This document shows positions 46,901 through 61,108 of a stretch of DNA of 64,000 bases, piece by piece (within the stretch, counting starts at the first letter, position 1; every line of letters starts with the position of its first letter). The position numbers were made by a program, and so were the translations under genes. Source of the DNA: Podarcis muralis (Eukaryota); contig NC_135661.1 of assembly GCF_964188315.1 (NCBI RefSeq), positions 4,650,001 to 4,714,000 of the forward strand, given 5' to 3'. Below the pieces are notes generated by a model. That model did not search any database. It was not told where the DNA came from and saw only the letters and a program-made list of their open reading frames with translations.

Positions 46901-48546
46901 TGTGTGTGTTTGTAGTCATAGTGTAATAGAAGACCTTCCCTTCCTCCATGTTCCCAGCACTCTTGTGAGGTAGACAAGGCTGAATATGACTGACAGTCAC
47001 CCAAAGAGCTTCAGACCGAGCAAAGGTTCAAAACTAGGGAGATAAATAGGATTGGTGGAGATCAGCAGAGATTCCCCTTTGCCTAGAAACCAGCAAGGGG
47101 TGCCTGCGAGCTACAATTCCATGCAACAGCAGCTCCCTCTCCCAGAATTCAGCATCCTGAAAATCTGTTTGCATTTAAACCAACTCAAGATAAGTACCTT
47201 TTGAGTTATGGGCATGACTCCTCTATATAAATCAAGAGGATGGTCAAAGATCAACCATGGTCATATGAAGCAGGCATGTATGCAGGCATTAATTGTCTAA
47301 CTAAACTAACTAATAATAATATTTATACACCACCCATCTGGGTGGGTTTCCCCAGCCAACTAACTAACTACATATTCTGCCATCCTTCACAAAGACAGAA
47401 TTTAAAATTTATTTTTAAAAATGAAACCAGAGCGCAATTGTCTAAAAGGTGGAAAGTTAATGTGGTAACGAGCACACACACCCTACCACCCCAGCTGCTT
47501 AAGGAAAAGTCATAGGCACCTATAGACTGCTTTTTCTTCTCATGGATAAACACAAACAAGACCTGCTTTTCTTTTCATTCAAAATAATATTGAAATTCTC
47601 AGGCATCCCGCTCTCTGGTATATACTTAATTACATGTGCCATAGCAGCAGTTTACTCTCCTCCAGTTAGCCAGCACTGCTGTGTGTTTTCTGCATCCACA
47701 CCCCAAAAAGTGCACATCTCTGTGCTCTGTATACTCATCTGACTGAGGGGTGCCGAAGACAGAGAAAACTGTGGGCAATTCCAGCATAACAAGTCTGTAC
47801 CATAAATGCACCACAGCTGCAATTCAAACATATGACAGGGTATGAAAAGTGCAAGACTTGGGTGATTTGGTGTGACTTACTGTACTGCTTGTATAGATAC
47901 AAATAAGCATGCAAATACAGCTGTCCCAGTAGATGCATGCATTGGTTTTGCAACGCCCTCCATTATGCTAAGAAATGTGTGCCAAATTCTGCACACGGTG
48001 CCAATTTTCACGTGCATGATTCTCTGGATTGTGACTTCTGTGCATATCTGACAGCTGCAGTGTGCCAATGATTTTGGGGGGCCAGCTGTAAATCTCAAAA
48101 TCTGGGCTCTATCTCAAAGGAAGAAAAAATAAATAAAAACCTGGGCACAGGATATTCTCCCCAACTTTCTGGTAGTTCATGCTTGCTACCAGCATGGCAT
48201 TTTATTTTACTGAACACATAATTTGTAGACATAAGATGTAGAATGGCCACTAGCTTAGATGGCTTTTAGGGGATTAGGCAAATTCCTAACCGAGAAGCCA
48301 CTATCAACAGCTATGAGCCACAACTGCTAATTAGGACTCCCATCTTCAGAGGCAGCCAAACCCTGAATGCTGGATAGAAACAGAAGAAGACCGTGTTGCC
48401 TTCAAGCCCCAGTAGTGGGGCACTGGAAGCAACACTGGAACCTTAATCTGGTGGAGCAGGCTTATTTGTAGGTTAAATGCATTTAAATAAACCGCAGCTG
48501 GCTACTCCCTCCTTACTAACATTTGTAACCTTCCATATTGTGTCCC

Positions 48547-48908
48547 GGGGACGCGGGTGGCGCTGTGGGTAAAAGCCTCAGCGCCTAGGGCTTGCCGATC
48601 GAAAGGTCGGCGGTTTGAATCCCCGCGGCGGGGTGCGCTCCCGTTGTTCAGTCCCAGCGCCTGCCAACCTAGCAGTTCGAAAGCACCCCCGGGTGCAAGT
48701 AGATAAATAGGGACCGCTTACTAGTGGGAAGGTAAACGGCGTTTCCGTGTGCGGCTCTGGCTCGCCAGAGCAGTGATGTCACGCTGGCCACGTGACCCGG
48801 AAGTGTCTCCGGACAGTGCTGGCCCCCGGCCTCTTGAGTGAGATGGGCGCACAACCCTAGTCTGTCAAGACTGGCCCGTACGGGCAGGGGTACATTTACC
48901 TTTACTTT
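48547..48908 (+). mobile_element. Sauria-type SINE, full length, CpG-rich (young)
   Basis: tRNA-like head, (ACCTTT)-like tail, 12-bp TSD with 1 mismatch (atattgtgtccc 48535-48546 / atattctgtccc 48909-48920). Confidence 0.88.
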
Positions 48909-49145
48909 ATATTCTGTCCCACCTGCCAAACTGTGTCCCTCCTCTTCCATTAGAAAAAGATGGTACCTACCAGGGACTAGATACAAACCCATTTTAGGAA
49001 GAAGTGGCTAATGGGTACCTGGATTTTATTCATTCACATGTGTGTGTGTATGCTTAAATTATGAAAGTTTCCAAACAAGGCCTGTTATGTTTTGCTTTGC
49101 TCAGCACCTTTTGAGCCACCCACAATGATATTCTCATTTTCTCAG

Positions 49146-49295
49146 GTGGCAGCAACTTCCCTGAGCTAGGCTGTTCGTAAGCAAATCACCTTTTGTTGAA
49201 GTGATTTTGGAGATCCACATTGCAGGAAGCTCCTGGCAGCGGAATCCAGAACTAGAACAAAAGCAGAGGCCATTGTGAAGACAGAGGATGCCTAG
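49146..49295 (+). other. Candidate 5' UTR exon of the HS3ST1-like gene, followed by a 96-nt intron (49296-49391)
   Basis: ctcattttctcag acceptor, TAG|gtaaga donor, and a gttttcctcag acceptor 26 nt before the ATG. Confidence 0.5.
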
Positions 49296-49339
49296 GTAAG
49301 AGCACAACTGCCTGCATGCAGTGAAATCCCAGTTAATAA

Positions 49340-50326
<987 letters not shown>

Positions 50327-51088
50327 GTTCTGCTTTGGGGCTTACAGGGGTGCTCTGTTGGGACAGAGAAAAATCAGAGAATGGCCTCCAGATGTTTAGA
50401 AAAAGTTTTTTGTGGTAGGGGTCTGTACTCTCTTCTTTTGACTGGGCTGGGAAAAGAGCTCTATCAATATGGGCTTTGCTCAGTGGTACACATGTTTAGA
50501 GGAAAACAGCACAACAGAAGTAGCTTTCACACTGGAGACTGGAAAGAGAGCTTTGACAAAAAAAAAATCACAGCAAGTGGAGCTATATCCTCTGCAGCTG
50601 TGTGCCCAGGAAATGCTATATTCTAGGCCAGCCTTCCCCAAGCTGGTGCCCTCCAGATGCTTTGAACTACAACTCCTATTATCCCTCGCCGCTAGCCCTG
50701 CTGGCTGAGGCTAGTGGGAATTGCAGTCCAAAATATAATCCACATCTTGTTTGGCGTCTATTCCCAGCAATTGTGTGAAAAAAGGGTGAAAAGCCATCTG
50801 TTCTCAGCGTTTACTGCCTCTCCAATATTCCCACACAACACAACCAGCTGCAGGAACCTTTGTTCCATCCACTTAATGCCCAACACCTGAAAGCCAAGTA
50901 ATTCCTTTTCTGTTCAACATAGGGCAGCAGTTCCAAAGACAAGAGTTCCTGAAGTACAGTACAGTACTGTACTCCGTAAGTTCTGACTTGTGTAACTGAA
51001 TACAGGACAGATAAGTCTGATATACCCATTTGGATATCTTGAATCTATTATAAATATATCAAGTCCTTATAGTCAGCCCATCAACTAG

Positions 51089-51094
51089 AATAAA
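51089..51094 (+). terminator. Candidate HS3ST1-like polyadenylation signal
   Basis: AATAAA 763 nt after the stop codon. Further AATAAA near 51438 and 51489. Confidence 0.45.
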
Positions 51095-51927
51095 GGGCAA
51101 TTTTCATTTCAATCCACTCTCCTCTCATTGATTCACATACATAAGTCTTCCTTCCTCCTCTATCTGCTTAGAAAAAGTCCTTTCTAATAGAAATGCATTC
51201 ACTGACAAGATATAATCTGTCAAGAGAGAATGAGCATGCTCAATGAGGGAATATAGAGAAGTGTCAAATATACAGTGATGATTAGGGTAGGCCAAGAGTA
51301 CCAAGGATGTCACTTGCATGTAACTAACTGGCCCAGTTACAGCCTTCAGTACCAAGTGTGCTGCACCACTTTATTTTCTTTCCTCTACCATTGTGCTTAC
51401 TCTATTATGGCACAGCTTCTAGCAAAGGGGCAACTGAAATAAAACCAGGTCCAATTCACTGGCTTCTTTTGTTGGCACATGCATGCTAAAATAAACTAGG
51501 CTTTGTTTGTCCAACATCCATCCATATTACTAATGACCAAAACTCCCAATCTAATATTCATATGAACAACTGCAGAAGAATGTAAGAACCTGCTACATCA
51601 GGCCAATAGCCCCTCTAGTCCAGCATCCTGTTCTCAGTGGCCAACCAGACGTCTGTAGGGTATCTTCAAGCAGGACACAAGCACAAGAACACTCCCCGCC
51701 TCCTGTAGTTTCCAGCAACCGGGATTTAGAAGCTTTACTATCTCTGGCTATGGAGACAGAGCACAGCCATGGTGCCTAGTAACCATTGATAGCCTTGCCC
51801 TATGTATCACCCACCTAAACCATTATTTGCCTTATCCAGCAATTTGACAATTGTTTAAAAAAAGAACAGGATACAATGGACAGAAATTCATGAAAGCCAT
51901 GCACATCACTAACAGGAATAGATAAGT

Positions 51928-52137
51928 TACAGATAGGTAGCCGTGTTGGTCTGCCATAGTCAAAACAAAAAAAATTCCTTCCAGTAGCACCTTAAAGACC
52001 AACTAAGTTAGTTCTTGGTATGAGCTTTCGTGTGCATGTGTGTATCTGAAGAAGTGTGCATGCATACGAAAGCTCATACCAAGAACTAACTTAGTTGGTC
52101 TTTAAGGTGCTACTGGAAGGAATTTTTTTTGTTTTGA
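51928..52137. mobile_element. Penelope-like element terminal-repeat remnant arranged as an inverted repeat
   Basis: Arms 51960-52038 and 52059-52137 (79 bp, 1 mismatch). The sequence resembles reptile Penelope terminal repeats (recalled, not searched). Confidence 0.7.
52042..52079 (+). ncRNA. Minimal type-I hammerhead ribozyme motif
   Basis: Helix I GUAU/AUAC, CUGAAGA core, helix II GUGUG/CAUAC, GAAA, AGCU palindrome in place of helix III, CUC cleavage triplet. Confidence 0.7.
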
Positions 52138-52985
52138 GGAACAGATAAACAATCAGAGTCCTATATAACTGAGAATAATTGAGCCTCATTCATTTCCTAC
52201 AATGCCCTAGCTTAAAGGTTACAACATATATATATGTCAGAGTGAGAGTGAATGTTTGTCCCAATCTGAAACAATAATCCCAGGATACAGATTGAGAACT
52301 GATTCAGGCATGCCAAGAACCTGGAAGGCACTCAAGCAAATACACGAGAATAGGATTGAAGACCTTCCAGTTATTATTATTTGTCACCATATTGCCTGAA
52401 ATTGTACTGTATGAAGCAGTCCTAACAAGAGCTAAAAACATTACAGTAGTTTATTAGTTCTCCAACCTTACTCTTATGCACAGCCAGCCCAAGAACTACT
52501 ACACAAAGGGCTCAAATCACACACTGACAAGGTTGCTAATAAAAGCATGGCAGCGCTGCTGGTTTAGCACCGCGATACAGAAAATTTTGTACATTATAGC
52601 ACAAGAAGGCATTGACACTGAGGCAAAAGTGATTGTGCTAGCTCAAGGACACAGCATAATTCAGCGCAAGGCAACTAACCCATGGGCAGTTCACCAGCTG
52701 AGGGCAGAAAAGATGCCTTTTGGCTTCTTCCAACTATACACATCCCCACACCTTTCCCATTATCACACCGTTCACATGTTCAGACAGTACTTCTATCCTG
52801 GGGCCGGGGGGAGAGCTTTAGCAGCCTCAGTTGCATTAAACTCTGTATATTCTACTAAGTTTAAATTACATGCCGGACTTAGATAATTGTGGTAGCTGTA
52901 TTAGATCAACAACAATTAATCAGCTAGAGAACACAGAAGTTAACTATGAACACGGCCACCATTGAAGTCTATAATTTGGAAAGAT

Positions 52986-52996
52986 TTTATTTTATT
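52986..52996 (-). terminator. Likely proximal H2AZ2 polyadenylation signals (tandem AATAAA)
   Basis: tttattttatt on the + strand, about 355 nt past the stop codon. More distal signals at 52450 and 51370. Confidence 0.55.
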
Positions 52997-53349
52997 TTAA
53001 AATCTCTAATAGGATATTAGGGCACTGATCTTTTTGCTGCAATGACCCTTTTACCCCAGAATGATACACAAGAACAAGTTTTGTAAAAAATGGTTTTATC
53101 AGTTCCATTTTTGTATAAAACACATGGGAGAAACCTAGCCAATCAACACACAAATTGCTGCCACGTAACAAGGTACTTTTGTGTCAAACTTTGAATCTAA
53201 AGAACATACAAATGTTTTAAGTCTACAGTCAATTGTCTATGCTCTTCCATTTAACTATTTTTTTAAAAAAATTCCACATATCCCCATATTTCTTCTGTCC
53301 CAGTTACAGTACAATGACAGGGAGGAAGAGGGCTGTTTAAAACTCCTCT

Positions 53350-53411
53350 CTATGCAGTTTTCTGCTGCCCCTTCTTTCCAATCAGAGACTTGTGGATGTG
53401 AGGAATTACAC
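53350..53411 (-). CDS. H2AZ2: H2AZ2 exon 5 ([20 protein letters not shown])
   Basis: tctttacag acceptor, TAG at 53352-53350. Confidence 0.96.
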
Positions 53412-55355
53412 CTGTAAAGAGAATAATGGATTAGAACTGAAGAATACACAATAGTTCAGCACTCATATCAATACATTCTCAAATAACATATTTTGCTAAC
53501 TCTGTTAGAACTGTGCTTACCAAACCCTTCAATAAAAATCCACTTGAACACACTAAGAGGAGAACTGGGATGCAGCTATGTAGCTGTATTAGATCAAATG
53601 TTGACTCAAGGCCTAATTTTCTTGTTACAAAAACAACTAAATGGTGCCATACAGAATTACTATACTCTGGGGTGGGGGGTGGGGAGAAGGAGGGAATAAT
53701 CTGGATTGTGTTCTTCAGGTTAGGTTCCCTCATGTTACCAAGATGGATGTGAAGATTTACTGGGACATACTGAGAAGCAGAACTGTATTCCCTGGCCTGG
53801 TTTGGAGCCTCAATTAAAGAGTTATAAATGATTGGGGAGGAGTACTTAGAATGCTCACCAAAAAAAAAACAACAACAAAAAAACCAACAGTTTACAGGAG
53901 ACCTACTCTATACCAGATTCGCCTAGTACAGTAGTCAGGATGAAATACAAGAACCCATCACTATCAAAGCTACTACTAAGTCAGTGAACTAAAAACTATA
54001 CTGATAAGTACCCATTTGGTTCATACAGTGGTAAGAACTTGCCATGGCAGTACATGCAACTACAACGTAAATCAACTGTGTAACATTCTGCCAAGCAAAA
54101 TAAGCAGTTTTCCAAACACCCTGGCATAATGAGAAATCCAGGTAAGAAGCATATCACGATTCTACTTATCACTTGGCAAACTGCTTACCTATAATATCCT
54201 GCAGAGTACTTAAAGGGATACATTTAAGTTCAGCCACCCTGTCTCCAAATATACTTTTCATATCCAAGCTTTCCAGAAGCTCTAATACTACATACCTCCA
54301 CCAGCAATGGTAGCTTTAATAAGGGAATCCAATTCCTCATCACCACGAATAGCAAGCTGCAAATGACGAGGAGTGATACGTTTTACCTTGAGATCCTTGG
54401 AGGCATTACCTGCCAATTCCAAAACCTGTTGGAAGAAACAGAGCTTTGTATGCCAGCCTCCTAGGAAAATACTGAACAGTGAAATACTGAAAATGCTCAA
54501 AACTAAGTTACAAACTGCAACAGACTACTTTTTTTCATACATTTAGTAGATTCAAGGCAAAAGCCCAGGTACCTAAAACTAAATTTTCTTTTTCTTTTTA
54601 AAAAAATGACCATCTACTACTATTCCTTGAAGATGACCCAGCAGGCTCAGCCCTACTCCCTTGCCTCAGATGACTTTGGTGGGAACTATTTCTCTTCTTG
54701 ATCAGGGAAGGTCCAGGATGAGGGCAGCAGTGCTGCCTGAATAATCTTGAGCCACATTGGGCAAAAGATTCCTTCACTGCAAGGGGTTGGACTAGATGAC
54801 CCTCATGGTCCCTCCCAACCCTACAATTCTATGCTTATGACTCCACATAATTCAGTACCCGCTTCAAGAGCCTTTGGGGCCTATAAAGTAGGACCAGTAT
54901 TCTAAACAAATAAGTCAGTTTAAGTTGGGGTGGGGGACATCAGTTCCAGATAGAGATCTGGCCCTTGCAATGCTTCCTGGGCCACACCCCTCATAGGCCT
55001 GGTGTCATACCTCAAGTGCTTTTGCCTGACTGGAATATGTCCTTGAATTCTGATAATGCTTCTTTTTTGTCTAAATGAAGAAGGGTGTCTCAGCATGTAA
55101 AATTTACATTATTTGCACAGCACACTTTTGTCTGGCCCCCACCCACCACTGGCACAGAAGGTTGCTCTTGAGCTGAAAAGGGTTCCCCACCCCTTGCTGC
55201 ATGTTTTCCCCCATAGGTAGTGAGCTTTTCCCATAAAATGTTTTGCTTTCATATTCAGGATACAAATGTATCAAGTGTTCAGAACTGCAAATAACCTCTG
55301 GCTCAGATTCTGCCTTTACCTAAAACACACAAGTTCATTTTATTATCACTCTCAA

Positions 55356-55444
<89 letters not shown>

Positions 55445-58400
55445 TTCCTCACAGTGTTCTAATGTGTGTCATATTCCCCGCCCCACCCCATCTCAGGAAT
55501 ATGTTAGATGGAAAGTAAACAACTAAATTAAAAGTGTAGGGCAAGAAAGCAATTCTTTTTTCCTGGATTTAGCAGAAACACATACTCACCCCAAACTCAA
55601 CCATGCAAAAAACTAAGCCAGAGAGAAAACATAATCAATAGAGTATGTTAACCATTAAAGCTCTTGCAGAATTATTTGATCTGGGCAGCTAAAACACAGG
55701 TTTTTAAAGAGAGCAGGAGCAGCTAGGTTATGCTACTCTGGAGGTTCCTGCCAGGCTCCACAGACCAATCTATTATCTGGGTCTTTGATTACATTCAGAT
55801 CATAGTCTAACAAGATCAATTTTCAGAACCTACCTCAGCAGTGAGGTATTCGAGAATTGCAGCACTGTACACAGCAGCAGTAGCACCAACTCGTCCATGG
55901 CTTGTGGTGCGAGTCTTCAAGTGTCTATGGATACGACCCACTGGGAACTGAAAGCAGAAGGACCTGTTCAGCATACATGGTCAAAGCCAACACTGCTCTT
56001 CCAAAGGTAATTAATTCTGACATCTGGTTCAGTGAACTATTTCCAGAGAGAGAGAGAGAGGGTGCATTTAATACAGGCACCTCATCTAATAGAACTAGAG
56101 TCAGGATTTGAGTTGCAGTTTTGTTTTTTAACAGACTGGTCATCAAATGCCAAGTCACACACAGTTCTTGCACTGCATTATCTTAAACTGGAAATGGGAG
56201 GGAGTGATGTGGTCTGCGTTGCAGTTCAAGCTAGGTTTCACAGGCCAAACTACCTGGCACCAGGCTTCTTGAGAATGCTTGCAAACCAGTAATGAGCTCC
56301 ATGAGGTCATTCATAAATGTAAAAACAAATTTTCAGCACTAGAAAGTATGCTGTGTGTCTTATTCTTAAGGCAGTGTAACAGCTTCCACAGTGTATATGG
56401 TATTATATTCTTAATTTAATAAAATTCTAAAAATGTTCATTGGGCAAGCATTCAAATAACTGGCAAAGGCTAAGGACAACGAAGTCCCTGCAGCTGACCA
56501 ATCAGACACACTATTATTTTCCTTAATACAAGAAGCTTAACTTCTCCTTAAATAAACACATGACTCAACAAAAAAACAGATTTTTGCCAGGAGTTGGAAG
56601 TTGGGGGCAGAAGAGAGAGACAAGACAGAAGAGTTGCCTCTTCTGGTCGAAGAGGCAGGAAAAAATGGTAACTTCCTCACAGGGAAGGTTGCTTATTTGC
56701 CAAAGCCAGAGGAAGCACATGGAAAGCCTCAAACAAGTAAAAAACTTAGGATTATAAAAAGAGTCAAAATGGCAAACAAGCTGGAGAAGGGAAAACATGA
56801 TTTAAACAAACAGGCAAAACATGACCAAAAAGATGACAGCCCCCAAGAGCTCACTTAGCATTTTACAAAGCTAGACTCAATTGGTTCCCATGGCCTCAAA
56901 ATGAGATATTGGTGGGTTAGGTCTTGCTCCTAACAAGATTTATAGGTAAGTGAACAAGATTTCCACATATTAGTCAGGAGCAATAAGACATTTTGAACTG
57001 AAATAGCAGCTCTGATGAGAGATTCTCATGGATGGCAGTATCACTAGCTATTATTAAATGCTGTGTCTGCCAAAACTCAGGTGTCTAATGCTTTCTACTC
57101 TACAGATGTCCATGGCAGGAATATTACCTGGAAGGCTACTAAGATAATTATCTTGTATCTGTTACTCTTATACTTAAATGCATTCAATGAACCATTTGCC
57201 AAAACTGAGCTTGTCAAAAGATTTCTCTCTGAATAATACAGTATTGCAAAACACCACACTAAAACCCAGGTGTGGTCAATACAAAACTTCAGGATGCTAG
57301 ATATCCAAGATGTACCAGACCTATCCTTATCAGTTTTTGGATCTCAGCAAAAGGGAAGTAAAGAGCTCATTTGACTTAGGAAAGATAGTTTACACTGAAT
57401 ATAGCTAAAGGTTGTAGTCAGAGCACTTTACAGTAAGGATTAGGGGAAAACACAATATCTCTTTAGCTACTCAAAGCGTGTTCAATTCTACGACACATCT
57501 ACCTGGTGTTAAAAATACCAGAAACAGTCTTTTAGGCTAAAGCTTAGACAGCATGCCCCTAAAAATCTGAATAGGTCAAAAACTAGAGAACTAGTGTCAA
57601 GTTCCAGGCTGAAAGTCAATGGACTGTAAGGGGGCATCATGTAACTCCTGCTAGAAAATGCTTAATGTGCAGGTGGTCTGATTTGTGTTTCCTCCTCTTA
57701 TAATAAATGGAACTGCCTTACGACCCTGATTTCTGATTTCAGGGAAATGTGCACAAGGAGAGAGCAGAGAGACAGGTGGTTGTGAGAGAGGGAAAGAAAG
57801 GCAATCGTGGAAGGTGACAGAAAAAAATGCAGTAACAGGAGGGGAGACTCAGCTCCCCAGGGAAGGAGGAACCAAGTTAATTTTAATTAAAGTAATGTAC
57901 AAATCATATGCATGTCTACTGAGAAGTAAAGCCCACTTAATTTAAAGGAACTTACCCTCAAATAGCATGCACAGGACTACAACTTTAATATTTCAGGGTT
58001 GATTTGGAATGAAAATTAGTTTTATTTAATTGAATTTTTAAGAGACTTATAAAATGACAAAACTTTTGCCAACTCTCAGGAACCCTTTTTGTTTTTCTTT
58101 ACAACTAAAACTGTATGTTTCTTCAGTGTGGGAGAATCTAGGGAGGTTCCTCAAACTTCATCATACAACCAAGGGGCAACAGATAACAGCTGCCACCTAT
58201 ATTAGGTTCTAAGTATGGTAAAGCTTTCCCAGAAATCCTATCCATTTTTATTTCAGGCAAGTTGATATTAGGAGGGAGCAAGAATCATGCAGAACTGAAT
58301 TAAAGATGATACAAGGTGGAAGAAAGCAAGGTAAGGTGAGATGAGATGGAGAGGGAAGAAATAGGAGGTGAAATGATACAGAAGGTGAGAAAAGGAAAGT

Positions 58401-58516
58401 ATAAAAAATTCTGAGAAGTAAATGTGGAAGAAGGCATAAGCAGAAAGAGAAATGAAGCAGATTGGTGCATGGTATGTGGTGAGACGCTAGCACTATTAAG
58501 TATCAAGAATGAAACA

Positions 58517-58570
<54 letters not shown>

Positions 58571-59889
58571 GCCTTTCATCCAAGGATCACAAAAACACAA
58601 AATTGTAAAAGTGGGTCCCATGTTCCTGGTTGGGAGTCTAAGGTGGGTCTTGGGTCTGGACTAGTTGAAGATTGCTAGTACAGTATTAGCATAGTTATTT
58701 CGAATGACAAATTTATTATTTCAGTCACAGACCAGTTCCAGCCCACATACAATATCAAGGAAGTCATAAAACATGATAGGGATACATTTGAATTTGCAAT
58801 TAGGTATAACAGGGACAATACAGTTAAAAATATATATAAATTAAAACTTAGTCACTAACATATAACCTAAAATTATCATTTAAGGCCTTAATCATTATGA
58901 TAGCATAGCTTGTTCCCTAAGTTTTATGGCAATCACACAGAATTTGGCTACCTTTAACATGATCTCAGGATCCTTGTCCTCTACCAGGGATTTTAGACAC
59001 TGAAGTTCAAATTCATTTGGAGATTTTTGCATAGCAGAGGTAATAAATACTGAGCGTATACCCCCATAAAAATGGCAGCGTAACAAGGCATGAGAGACAG
59101 TTTCTACCTCCATCAAGCCGCAGGGGCAGACTCGTCCAGCGTATGGTTTACCCTTGAATCTGCCCTGCAATAAGGCAGATGGCAGCATGTTGAATCTAGT
59201 GACGGTAAATGACCGTCTCTATTTAGGTATTTGTAATTTTGACAAATAATTTGCTGGGGGAAATCCTCTCCCATTATCTTTTATTACTGGGTGTTTATTC
59301 ATCTTGCTCACGTGGCATTGCAGTTCCACATCCCAAATCCGTTGGCGGATTATTGCTCTAGCTTTCTCATAACCTACAGCTATCAGGGCCTGTGGGGGAA
59401 AACCCCAAGCCTCTTAGCTTTTCATGTAGTGTAGCTTTCCATTTGGATTGGTAGAAATCCAGCAGGGTTAAGGGTGCCAACCCAACAGGGAAAAAGATAG
59501 GTTTTAACCAATAATGGATCTTCAGAATCCATATCCGAGCACTAAAAGGGATTTGCCGGACCTTCAGGCGGACAGCTATGTTAGACGCACAAGAAGGGAT
59601 AGCGATGGAACTTAGTTTGGAATTACTCTAAGGGAGCAAGGTTTAAGAAGCTGCAGATCTGAGAGCCATATGTCAGCTGTGTTAATATTTTTGCAGCAAA
59701 GACCTGGGAGGCTGCCGGAATATATTCGCCCCCTTTTCCATAGAAAAACCTCATATTAGCTTTGGTAGATCTTTGGGCATTTGCAATAGTTATTACAATA
59801 AATGAACTTACCTGAAGTCCAGCTCTTTGTGAGCGAGACACTGCCTTTGCCTTAGCCTTTCCACTGTCCTTGCCAGCCTTGCCTCCAGC
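53350..59889 (-). CDS. H2AZ2: Histone H2A.Z.2 (H2AFV), exons 2-5; exon 1 (ATG only) is outside the window
   Basis: join(59812-59889,55834-55947,54296-54425,53350-53411) = 78+114+130+62 nt. Diagnostic residues A14, T38 and C-terminal KTA identify Z.2. Confidence 0.97.
54296..54425 (-). CDS. H2AZ2: H2AZ2 exon 4 ([43 protein letters not shown])
   Basis: ttccaacag acceptor, G|gtatgt donor. Confidence 0.97.
55360..55441. repeat. Compound (CT)n(CA)n microsatellite, H2AZ2 intron 3
   Basis: Direct read. Confidence 0.95.
55834..55947 (-). CDS. H2AZ2: H2AZ2 exon 3 ([38 protein letters not shown])
   Basis: cttctgctttcag acceptor, GAG|gtaggt donor. Confidence 0.97.
58517..58568. repeat. (AAT)n microsatellite
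   Basis: Direct read. Confidence 0.95.
58700..59600 (-). mobile_element. Non-LTR retrotransposon ORF2 3' fragment (RTE-X-like), H2AZ2 intron 2
   Basis: [10 protein letters not shown]...[21 protein letters not shown] (CCHC-type C-terminus). Clade assignment from memory. Confidence 0.7.
59812..59889 (-). CDS. H2AZ2: H2AZ2 exon 2 ([26 protein letters not shown])
   Basis: ttcttttttag acceptor, CAG|gtaagt donor. Confidence 0.97.
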
Positions 59890-61063
59890 CTAAAAAAGAA
59901 ATAAAAACATGAACTAGATCTACTGCTGAACATGTCAGCTGAAAGGAGAAGAGCTTTTAAAATCCTATCTTATCACCAATATTGATAATACATGGTTGTT
60001 GAGGTAAAAAATGTATTTATATGTCTCCTATAAATTCAAAACATACAGTCTTGATGGAATATTTAGAATACAATTTTGTTCTTCAGGTCATTCTCTGTTA
60101 AAACAAGTGCAAGAAGGAAATTTAAAAGAACCAAAAGACTCTAAATTGCTTTTAAATATGCCAATATGTAGAGTATACAAGCTATTGGGCCACAATTCTA
60201 AGCATACTTTTAAATACCGTACATTTTTAACTAAATCTAATTAGGGCTACAATCCTAGTTTATTTAAATTTTTTTTTGGGGGGGGGGGGGTTATATACCA
60301 TCCTTTACAAAATGGTAAGAGGTGGTTTTCAAATTTAAAATGTCATACATGCCTGATATTAATAAAAATGAACCAGCAGCTATTTTCTACATGCAAGATC
60401 ATATGAAGACGTGTTCATGTGAACAGATGATGCATGGATACAACTTGCAGTGGCCAGCATTATTAAGGTAGTCCCAGAAGTGCTACTGTAATTAGAATGA
60501 CAGCTATTGGCTGTATCTACATGAAGCCTAGTTCACAGAGAAGCACATTCAAATCGTCTCATGCATAAGAAGGAACATGTAAAGCTGTTAAGTGGTTTGC
60601 AAACACAGGTGTGAACAGGCCGATATGGAGTTTTTCATTTTAATACATCTCAGTGGTGTGGGACGGAAAATTTTCTAGAAAGTGTTATGTTTTATAAATT
60701 TATTAGAATAGTAACAAAATGTAGTTGACAACTACAAATTCTATTAGGTAAGTCTGGCAGTTTCAAAGTTTTTTATTTTGTTCACCAAATGCAAGTGAAA
60801 TAAACATGCTCAACTAGATGTCTCTTTGGGACATCAGAATTTTTTTAATGCAAACTACACTGATTTGTGTATTTTTTCACATATTTTCTAGGATGTTTCA
60901 AATCCTGAAACTAAATGTTTTAGATTATACACACTTTTCAGGATTAAAAATATTGCTCACAAACAAGTTGACTTTAGTTGTGTGCTATAATACTCAAATC
61001 AAATTAAGTTTGCACAAAGAGCTTCTGGGAATCTTGAAAGCTAGAAACTCTCTTTTCACAAGC

Positions 61064-61064
<1 letters not shown>

Positions 61065-61108
<44 letters not shown>

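Noticed and set aside
56601-56858. 85-aa Lys/Glu-rich ORF antisense in H2AZ2 intron 2
   Set aside because: Explained by purine-rich strand bias. No family match and no supporting splice sites.
53350-59889. Calling the histone H2A.Z.1
   Set aside because: A14, T38 and terminal KTA are the Z.2 states at all three diagnostic positions.
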